From: Perkinsela sp. CCAP 1560/9
Taxonomy: Eukaryota > Protista > Euglenozoa: Kinetoplastea
Length of the DNA stretch: 17,010 nucleotides
Assembly: GCA_965644495.1 (NCBI GenBank)
Contig: CBFFSA010000086.1
Location: forward strand, 1-17,010
Reading direction: 5' to 3'
Under the pieces are notes generated by a model that was not told where the DNA came from, ran no database searches, and saw only the letters and a program-made list of their open reading frames with translations. Both the position numbers and the translations under genes were made by a program. Positions 8,963 through 17,010 of this stretch are shown here, piece after piece (the stretch's first letter is position 1; each line of letters begins with the position of its first letter).

Positions 8963-9916
8963 GGTTTTCGTCAAAATAGATCTACCGCTGGTACGCAAAC
9001 AATCATGAATGAAATAAAGTCCAAGGATTTCGGAATAAAGGTGTTTGTGTAGCGTTCATTGATTTCGCAAAAGCATTCCCATCTGTATCTTTTGCTGCGA
9101 TAAAAGCGTGTCTGAAAGCATTTCACGTGGGCGTTCGTCTATCCGAAATGATCATGTCATTGTACTCAAATCTGAAAGGAGTATTCCGCACACCTTTTGG
9201 TATCACAGATTCTTTTCCGATAACTACAGGAATACTTCAAGGGGACGTGTTGGCCCCTTACCTTTTCGTGATGGTTATGGATCGCATTCTTAATAAGTCG
9301 CTGGACCTGGAAAATCGCGGATTACTTTTGAGTTCAAGCGGGACAAGAAAACGGAACCTACAGGAAAAACGAATTTCTGATATTGATTTTGCAGATGACA
9401 TTGCATTGTTCAGTGATACAAAGGAAGGTCTCCAGGAAATGATTGACGAAACGTCAAAAGATGCTTCCCTGGCGAACCTAAAGATAGCTGTAGGTGTTAC
9501 AAAAACCGCATGGATACCTTTCGGTAAGGTTGCCGGCTCAAATAAGAATCTCCAGACAAAAGAACTGGAAACGGTACCTAGAGTCGATTCGTATCCACAT
9601 CTAGGGCATCTTTAAGACAATGAAACATCATCTACAATCAAAGATCGTTTGAAACTTGCTTGGTCCTCATTTGCCAGCATGCGAGGAATATGGATTTCAT
9701 CTTTAAGCTCTCATCTTAAACTCAGACTATACGACGTGCTTATATACCCTATTCTGAACTTTGGTTCAGTGGCATTGCACATTTCTCAAAAAATGTTGTG
9801 TTCGATTGATTATTGCGTTCGGCTACAACGGAATTGCTAATGGAGACTTGATGGATCCAATGCACTGTGGGACTGCAGTGCTAAAAGTATGAAAAGTGTC
9901 CCTAATTTTAACAGAA

Positions 9917-10275
9917 GATTGGTTTTCGCCTATTGTATTTTGATAGTTTGGGACATATACTAGCTTTAACCGCAGTTGTTTTCGCAAGAGATCCCATCTT
10001 CGATCTCGGTATGCCCGCGAAAATGACCCATTTTTGACGAAAAAAGGTGAAAAGTAATTTTCGGACCAAAAGAGGCCTTTTTGTGTCGAAAGGATGGCGT
10101 GGTTGCAGTCGCATTCTCTGCGCAATACGTTTGGTAGGCTTGAATTCATACCTACGAGTGATTTCCCACGCGCAAATGTCGGATTCAGTGCTCTGAGAGC
10201 AAAATGACCCAAAAATGACCCCATTTTTATCCGAAAATCGTCTATTTTTGGCTATAATCTTTCCTGGCAAGGCTG
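9917..10275 (-). repeat. Diverged partial copy of the ~680-bp interspersed repeat
   Basis: Reverse complement aligns with ~13952-14300 and ~15513-15870. Confidence 0.8.
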
Positions 10276-10279
10276 TCTT

Positions 10280-10440
10280 CCGGGTAATCACTCCGAGCGG
10301 TATACTATGTCATGAATTACGCGCGTTGAAGGGTCAAGGGATACCAATATACATGTGTAAAGTCAAATCTCACTCGGGAAATCCCTGGAACGAGGCAACA
10401 GGCTCGCTCACATTGTCTGCATCTAGAAAGAAAGTAAGCG
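10280..10440 (+). pseudogene. RNase H C-terminal remnant, possibly belonging to the upstream LINE
   Basis: IYMCKVKSHSGNPWNEA matches the RNase HI (K/W)VK(G/S)HSG.P.NE motif; same strand as, and downstream of, the RT. Confidence 0.6.
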
Positions 10441-10903
10441 AACCTGAAATAAAGAGAAGAAAGTCTTCAAATTCGCAAAACGAAACGCAAAAATCTTGTC
10501 ACTCAATTCGATTCATACGTCTTCCTTTTTTCATTGCGCCTCCTCCTTCCTCATCGGTCCTGCGTGTCACACACTTCCGGGTAAATTTTGGACTATGTAG
10601 GTGTATTACCGGAACAGGGTGGAGAAATATCGAATTAAATCAAAGAGTATACAGGTATAGAAGGCTCCAAACTCTCAAAAAACGGTCTAGGAGTTGATTT
10701 TGGTAAAATATATTTTTTCACTTTCACCCATAAATTTTTAGTTTTTTTTTTCAAAATTTCAAAAATTGCTATGACCACCCTGGTGGGGAGGTGGGGGGGG
10801 CAGGGGGTACCCATCGGAATTGTTGAAAAACTAGTAATCTTGTCACTAAATTCGATTCATACGTCTTTGTATACATTTTTCTCGAAAACTTACCTGAAAC
10901 GAT

Positions 10904-10985
10904 ATCGGGCACGAAATCGGGCCACAAATCGGGCACGAAAACGGGCACGAAATCGGGCACGAAAACGGGCACGAAATCGGGCACG
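10904..10985. repeat. 12-bp minisatellite (A(T/A)CGGGCACGAA) x ~7
   Basis: Direct tandem units visible. Confidence 0.85.
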
Positions 10986-11259
10986 GCGAATTAACCTACG
11001 GTAGCGAGGGAGTAGTATCTCCCTCAATAATCTTTGCAGAAATTACCCCTCGTAACTTTAATTTCGGGCATCAATTTTCGGGTTTAAAAATAAGAAAAAT
11101 CGTACACAAATGAATTCGCCGTGTATTTATGGCGTATTGGTGAGCTTCGGAGTGCTTAAAATGTGAAACAAAAAAATGTAGTTTTTTATAGTTTTCGAAA
11201 AACGTTTATAGTAACTATATAGTACTATATTGATAGTTTTATAGTTTCTGCGAACCCTG

Positions 11260-11640
11260 CTTGAAAGTATGATTCTCAGGGTTTTGATCTCCCTGTGTTG
11301 TATCACATTTCGTGCATTGAAAGCCTGCTGACATTGTGCCTTCACCTCAAGGTCTAACCACATGTCATAAATCGCCTTCTCGGTAAGGTGATTCGTACTC
11401 GAAAGGTGATCTCGAGTACGTCTTATAGGGGGTTTCCCTTGCAACCCCCCGAAGAAGGAGCATTCCTTGCAATGGGAATGAATGTAACGGGAATGCCCGC
11501 GCCCATGTTCGAAAACATGTTTACGCATGTCATCATGCTTGAAAGTACGATGTTCAGGGTTTTGATCGCCCTGTGTCGTAGAACATTTCGTGCACGCAAT
11601 TGTAATTGCAATTTCGTGCACGTAATTGCAATGTCGCCTT
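11260..11640 (-). pseudogene. Second copy of the zinc-finger repeat coding unit
   Basis: 11260-11402 is nearly identical to 7700-7843 and 11388-11596 resembles 7562-7760; CTKC/KHVFEH/CKEC/HLSSTNH. Confidence 0.65.
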
Positions 11641-12020
11641 CAAAAAAAAACTTTGAATTCTTGCCACTCCGCCACCTCCCCCCTACCCCGCCCCCTCCCC
11701 CCCAGTGTCGTGATACTGTACGCTCAATACGGTGGGTTTTCCCATGAGCTCTTGAAAAAAGGAACAAGGCTCAGAAATGGTGTGTAATCCTTTTGAATGC
11801 TCCTGTACGTGCCGCTTCATCAGGGAAACAGTCAGTTCCACCCGAATGCTCGCTTTTGCACATTCTTTGCAGGTGTATAATTCACCTTGTTCAGCAAAAC
11901 AATGTTGCTATAGCTCGTAAATCTGAGGTTTACTTTTGTGCTTCTTGCTAGCACTGTGCTTGAGGGTAACACGTAGAGTTTTTTTTCTTTCCTTTCTTAT
12001 TTTCAAAGAAAGCGCAGCAT

Positions 12021-12120
12021 TTTAACGATAAAGATACAGTTTCTGTACCTTGTTGGTCTGAGAAGCTTCGAATTCTAAGTTCGCTTGAAGGCCCCGGTTC
12101 CCGAGAAGGGAACTGGGGCT
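12021..12120 (+). ncRNA. Spliced-leader RNA sequence (mini-exon + intron)
   Basis: Exon 12021-12055, then GTCTGAGAAGCT (T. brucei intron starts GTATGAGAAGCT). Stem I AGTTTCT/AGAAGCT spans the splice site; further hairpins at 12069-12083 and 12091-12119. Confidence 0.8.
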
Positions 12121-12564
12121 TAAAGGGTGGAGGTGGCGGAGTGGGTAGAGGTGGCGGAGTGGGTGCAGGTGGAGAAGTGGGTGGAGGTGGCGGAGTGGAA
12201 AGCACTCAAAGTTTCAAGCACATGGTGCTCAGACGGCGAGTTCAAACCCGCTCATCGCAATATTCCTGGCGGCCTCACTCTAAGAGGCTGGGCTGATAAC
12301 CGACTAGGCCCAGTACTCGGAGGGCCGTCCCGGACCCTCCCCTCAGGGAACCAGCTCCCTTACCCGGCTTACACCTCTTGGGTAAGCCGTGTTGACGTAC
12401 AGTTCGTCGACGCAACGTGTTGGCAACAGCACGTTGGTGCCGCCTTGGAAAAGCGGAAACTGGTAGAGGACGTCGGCCTCGGAGCTTCCAAATCTGTATG
12501 TGAAGGGTTTGGCTTGCCAGTGAGCATCCGGAGCAATCCGGAATGATTTGGATTTTTGGATTTT
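12022..12564 (+). mobile_element. SL-RNA-headed tRNA-like SINE (composite retroelement)
   Basis: SL RNA + 4x18-bp repeat + A/B box head + structured body + (GGATTT) tail, bounded by direct repeat GCAGCATT at 12014-12021 and 12565-12572. Confidence 0.72.
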
Positions 12565-12589
12565 GCAGCATTCACTATGGTGATATGCC

Positions 12590-13843
12590 TTGCCCAGAGC
12601 TGTATTAGAGCTCAATTGGCTTCCTCCACCCCCGGCACCGGAAAGCGATACTGCGGACGACCCCTGCGATGCGGACCACGATGACTCAGAAGACATAGAA
12701 GAAATTGTAGGAAAAGAGTTCTACAGTAGCAGGACATTTCGAATTAATATTTCGATGTCTCACACGCACAAAATCCTTAAACAATTTGAATCAAAATGGC
12801 AACTGCCTTTTGCCTCGGCCAACCCTCCGAGTACACGAGCCATAGCTTCACATGGATCAATATGAACCGTGTAATGAAGTTCCTGGCAAACATCTCAAGT
12901 GAGTCAGATCACACAGAACTAGAAATCAGTGACGATGATTCGTCACAAGTCTCTGAGTTCGACAACGGTATCGTAGAGGCCCCTCTAATGATCACCGAAC
13001 ATTATTGTGCAGTTCTTCTCCTATGCAGGCATTGTCAGCGTAAATAAGTAAAGAGCTGAACTAGCTCAAGAAGAGCCGGATCATGATTCAGATTTTGAGT
13101 GCGGGACAAATCGAAGACGTCGTCGCGGACGTCGTGCTAATGGGAGATACGCCTTTGAGAACATTGAAGGCCTCCCGGAATTTGAGCCTGGAGATATTGT
13201 TGAACAACAGTTGCGCTCTTTGCACACTGCGCCAGCTATACCAGGTTTTCCCATATTGAGTTCTTCAAAAGAACCTGGGGCACGAGCTCGAAGCCAGCTT
13301 CGAGTAGCGAAACACATGGTGGTATTGTTTTCCCCATGGACGAAAGGCTCACCGAGCCATGAAATGACCCTAGAAGGGTTTGAAAATGCTTCGAAGAATA
13401 CTGAGAACGCGGCAAATTTGTTTCGACGCAAAGGTGCTTGCACTCTGGAAGAAACAAGATTAGCACGCAACATTGCGTACGAAAATGAGCTTGAAGTGCG
13501 AGAGGTTGAACCCCATCTTCAATATGCTCTTGAAGCACAGCAGAACACTGCAGTGGTCAATGAAGAGCGATTGGTTCAGCAGAATGCATACTGCGAACTA
13601 CAAATGCGAACTTTAGCGACCGCGTTAGTAGGTTCTACTGAGAACTCCTCTGAAGGAAATGTTGATCTTTCATCGGCAATGACAAGGACGAGGTCCAATA
13701 TTTCAGTCATAAATGCGCGAGAGCGCTATGCTGAAATGATTCAAAACGAACGACTTGCAACTTCGGCTCAATCTGAGCCAAGTGCACCAGTGGACAGAGC
13801 TCATTTTAATGAGGATCGTCCACTGGCTCGCAGTAATCAATAG
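12590..13843 (+). pseudogene. Possible Helitron2/Helentron RepHel remnant (region between Rep and helicase)
   Basis: RRRGRRANGRYAF…QQLRS…PAIPG…HMVVLFSPW resembles the Helentron RGR..N.R..F…LR…LF.PW segment. No HUH or helicase motif is visible. Confidence 0.4.
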
Positions 13844-14519
13844 GCTCTTCGTTAAACGCGGTGGTTGCTTTCAACTTAGAAGTCACTCATGCTGCGCGCT
13901 TCGCGTTGAAAACTACCGCCGCGTTTAACGAAGAGCCTAAAAAAGAAAATTTAGCCTGGAAAACGGAACGATTATAGCCAAAAATAGCCGAATTTCGGGT
14001 AAAAATGGGGTGATTTTCGCGTATTTTTGCTGTCAGAGCACTAAATCCGACATTTGCGCGTGGGAAATCACTCGTAGGAAAGCCTACCGAACGTATTGGG
14101 TAGAGAATGCGACTCCAACCATACCATTCTTTCGTCACAAAAATGCCCCTTTAGGTCCGAAAAATACTTTTTCACCTTTTTTAGTCAAAAATGGGTCATT
14201 TTGAGGGGCGCACCACGGTTTGAAGAAGTGATACCTTGAGAAAACAACTGCGGAGAAAGCTAGTATAGGTCCCAAACTATCCAAATACAATAGGGGAAAC
14301 GATTTTGGAAAAATATTGTTTTTGTCATTTTTTTCGCCAAGTTGAAATTTTTTTCAAATTTTTTTCCGAAAAAATCCGAACTTGGCGGACCCGTCCTGCG
14401 GATACGCGGGGGGGTCACCCCCGGGTAGGGGGGTGGAAAATGCGCGCCAAGACCCCGGCTACCCTTTCTGCGGTTTTTTTTCGAAAACTAATTTTTTCGA
14501 AAAAATTTGCTCGACCATG
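13841..14519 (+). repeat. ~680-bp interspersed repeat (putative non-autonomous DNA element), copy A, starting with a 99-bp hairpin
   Basis: Closely matches 15402-16090 throughout; ends …AAATTTGCTCGACCATG. Confidence 0.85.
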
Positions 14520-14520
14520 G

Positions 14521-15316
14521 CCATGAATTGGAGACCAGCAAAATGTTGGCAGAAACACAAATGGGAGTAGGAACTAGAGATGGCGGCCCGAAAATCGTTT
14601 TATGAGCGCGTGACGCTTTTCGCGGTACAGATACAGCCGTTCTGCTGTCAATAGATATGAGGAACGCTTTCAACTCAATAGAGAGACAGGCAATCTTTAA
14701 CGCATTAAAGGAGAAGAGTGAACTCTGCGAGTTATATGGCGTAACCTCTTTTATATATGGCACTCCGAACGCGCTTATTCCGACATCTCCGACCCACCCA
14801 CCGTTTAAAGCCGTTCGAGGTGTCAGACAAGGAGATCCCCTCGGCCCAATGCTGTTTTCTATAGCTATTCAGGGGATTCTTGATGGTGTGAAAGCAGATT
14901 ACAGTGACCTTAAGATATGGGCCTATCTGGACGATGTTACAATCGTGGGTAACCCGGAAAGAGTAATACAGGCGTACGAAAAATTTATGGCTGGGGCCTC
15001 GCAAGTAGGTCTGGAAATCAACGAATCGAAGTGCAAGCTCTCGATTCACTGCGCGGAGCAATACCTTCTATTCAAAGACAAGAAAATCCGGCAGGAAGAC
15101 AAAGGTCAAAAGTTGCTTGGTGCATTTGTTTCAAATGAGAAAAAGGAAGAATCGGGTTGGGTACTTCAGCAGCTTCCGAAGCTACGCTCGTTCTTGGAAC
15201 GCCTGCAGCAACTTTCACTACAAAGCGCTTATACGCTGTTGAAGCGATGTGGAATTCCAAAGTGGATCTATCTCCTGCGATGTCATGAGCCGGATGTTAC
15301 GGCGGGTGCAAAATAA
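14521..15316 (+). pseudogene. Divergent CRE/SLACS-type RT fragment (separate family)
   Basis: QMGVGTRDGG…*…IDMRNAFNSIER…GVRQGDPLGP…AYLDDV…GLEINESKC…LLG; upstream in-frame TGA. Confidence 0.85.
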
Positions 15317-15326
15317 GCTTGCCGAT

Positions 15327-15395
15327 GACCACTTTTTGTATTAAGACCACTTTTTGTATTAAGACCACTTTTTGTATTAAGACCACTTTTTGTAT
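15327..15395. repeat. 18-bp tandem repeat GACCACTTTTTGTATTAA x ~4
   Basis: Perfect tandem units abutting repeat copy B. Confidence 0.9.
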
Positions 15396-15401
15396 CTTTT
15401 T

Positions 15402-16090
15402 TAGGCTCTTCGTTAAACGCGGTGGTTGTTTTCAACTTAGAAGTCACTCATGCTACGCTCTCCGAGTTGAAAACCACCGCCGCGTTTAACGAAGAGCCTA
15501 AAAAAGAAAATTTAGCCTGGAAAACGGAAAGATTATAGCCAAAAATAGCCGAATTTCGGGTACAAATGGGGTCATTTTCGCATATTTTTGCTCTCAGAGC
15601 ACTAAATCCGACATTTGCGCGTGGGAAATCACTCGCAGGCATGAATGAAAGCCTACCGAACGTATTGGGTAGAGAATGCGACTCCAACCATACCATTCTT
15701 TCGACACAAAAATGCCCCTTTAGGTCCGAAAAATACTTTTTCACCTTTTTTAGTCAAAAATGGGTCATTTTGGGGGGCGCACCACAGTTCGAAGAAGTGA
15801 TACCTTGCGAAAACAACTGCGTAGAAAGCTAGTGTAGGTCCCAAACTATCAAAATACAATAGGGGAAACGATTTTGGAAAAATATTTTTTTTGTCATTTT
15901 TTTCGCCAGGTTGAAATTTTTTTCAAAAATTTTTTTCCGAAAAAATCCGAACTTGGCGGACCCGTCCTGCGGATACGCGGGGGGGTCACCCCCGGGTAGG
16001 GGGGTGGAAAATGCGCGCCAAGACCCCGGCTACCCTTTCTGCGGTTTTTTTTCGAAAACTAATTTTTTCGAAAAAATTTGCTCGACCATG
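15402..16090 (+). repeat. ~690-bp interspersed repeat, copy B
   Basis: Direct repeat of 13841-14519. Confidence 0.85.
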
Positions 16091-16270
16091 CCCCTACCCC
16101 CTGGACCCCCCCCCTGGACCCCCCCCTGGACCCCCCCCCTTTTTTTTTTTTCATACGTCTTTGTTCATACGTCTTTGAAAAAATTTGCTCGACCATGACC
16201 CCCCCCCCTGGACCCTCCCCCTGGACCCCCCCCCTGGACCCCCCCCTGGACCCCCCCCATGGACCCCCCA
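16091..16270. repeat. (CnTGGA) low-complexity tandem repeat
   Basis: Repeated CCCCCCCTGGA units, with a second AAATTTGCTCGACCATG at ~16181-16197. Confidence 0.8.
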
Positions 16271-16446
16271 TTTTTTTCAAATTTTTTTTTCAGTTTTGGA
16301 CCACCGGAGCCCACTTTTATATTTTTTTCTTCTATTATATTACTGTGTTCCTCTTTATATTTTCACTGTTTTTGTTCACTTTTTTTTCAATAATCGAGTG
16401 TAGAGCGGTAGTTTTACAACCACCGCAATTAATACGTTGGTACAAA

Positions 16447-17010
16447 ATGGCGGAGGCCTCCGGACCGTTCGAAAGTGTGTTGGAAGTCTGTGGCAAACTT
16501 CGGACGGCCAGGTGTGGTCGGGGCAACCTTTTTCTGCCTCCACAGCAGAGGGGGGTTGGGACAAAACTCCGGCAGCGGGCCCTTTTACAGATGTCAAAGG
16601 TTTTGGCTGTGGGAAAACACGTGGCTGTTGTTTGGTGTATGGCTTATAACGAACGTATTGCACTCTGGGAAGGGGTGGTTCACTCATCGCTTGATGGGTC
16701 TGGTTGGCTCGTCAAGTACGACTTGATGAATGGGCGCCTTCTCCCGTTTCCTCCGAGAGATGATCGTATCCATGTGCTAGGCGGCAGAGTTGGACTGCTT
16801 CCAAAATCTTTGCGCAAACGTAATCGGAAACGCAAATCCTGCTTTCGGCGTGGCTACCGAGAGCAGAGACCCAAGATCAAAGCTATGAGAGAGGGGTTTG
16901 CAGTAAGCACCATGAATGTAGATACTTTAAAGTGTAAAACCACAGACGAGTTTGCTCTACGTAAATGTTTCCGTTTGCATCAAGCTGTAGAGTTCATGCG
17001 AAGTTACGGA
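16447..17010 (+). CDS. 5' start of a probable APE-type LINE ORF (3' partial)
   Basis: ATG at 16447, open for 188 codons to the window end (absent from the ORF track). FAVSTMNVDTL resembles the first APE endonuclease motif (T.NV..L). Confidence 0.6.
   Translation, partial: MAEASGPFESVLEVCGKLRTARCGRGNLFLPPQQRGVGTKLRQRALLQMSKVLAVGKHVAVVWCMAYNERIALWEGVVHSSLDGSGWLVKYDLMNGRLLPFPPRDDRIHVLGGRVGLLPKSLRKRNRKRKSCFRRGYREQRPKIKAMREGFAVSTMNVDTLKCKTTDEFALRKCFRLHQAVEFMRSYG

Larger units (their letters stand above)
7845..9840 (+). pseudogene. Decayed APE-type LINE (RTE/Ingi/L1-like) reverse transcriptase region, interrupted by two SINE insertions
   Basis: Reassembled reading: VKFTA|EELF…KNRAPGGDGIPMEAL…NWRPIFLLN…NQYGFRQ|NRST…AFIDFAKAFPSV…GILQGDVLAPYLF…FADDIAL…YPHLG; stops and frameshifts present. 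Confidence 0.88.

Noticed and set aside
12179-12259. Functional tRNA gene
   Set aside because: A and B boxes are present but there is no convincing acceptor or anticodon stem; it sits inside a TSD-flanked repeat.
2787-14604. In-frame TAA/TGA codons as stop-codon reassignment (Blastocrithidia-like code)
   Set aside because: The TAA codons replace different residues (K at 2787, Q at 5129), frameshifts occur in neighbouring elements, and the long ORF of copy 1 has none. Ordinary decay explains them.
15327-15395. CRISPR-like array (also 10904-10985)
   Set aside because: No spacers, plain tandem repeats, eukaryotic context.
13841-16090. LTR retrotransposon
   Set aside because: The repeats lack TG…CA ends, PBS and PPT, and the internal RT is non-LTR CRE type.
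9823-16198. Short ORFs within the ~680-bp repeat (e.g. 9823-10224, 15566-15832)
   Set aside because: Frames are not preserved between copies; these are non-coding repeat translations.

Overview
Eukaryotic, repeat-saturated window with no intact host gene, most likely from a euglenozoan (kinetoplastid/diplonemid-like) nuclear genome, because it carries two copies of a kinetoplastid-type spliced-leader (SL) mini-exon (6280-6314, 12021-12055). 1-6276 is a head-to-tail array of three CRE/SLACS-clade non-LTR retrotransposons (RT, CCHC knuckle, restriction-like endonuclease). Their 3' UTR holds a conserved ~250-nt RNA structure with a covarying pseudoknot, and the last poly(A) tail abuts an SL exon. 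A decayed APE-type LINE (7845-9840, RNase H remnant ~10280-10440) carries two TSD-flanked insertions of a tRNA-like SINE. A third SINE copy (12022-12564, 8-bp TSD) is headed by an apparently complete SL RNA (exon plus intron). The window also holds zinc-finger repeat ORF remnants, a possible Helitron/Helentron remnant, three copies of an unclassified repeat (two with a 99-bp hairpin), a fourth divergent CRE RT fragment, minisatellites, and the 5' start of another APE-LINE ORF at the right edge. All calls come from reading motifs by eye; no searches were run.
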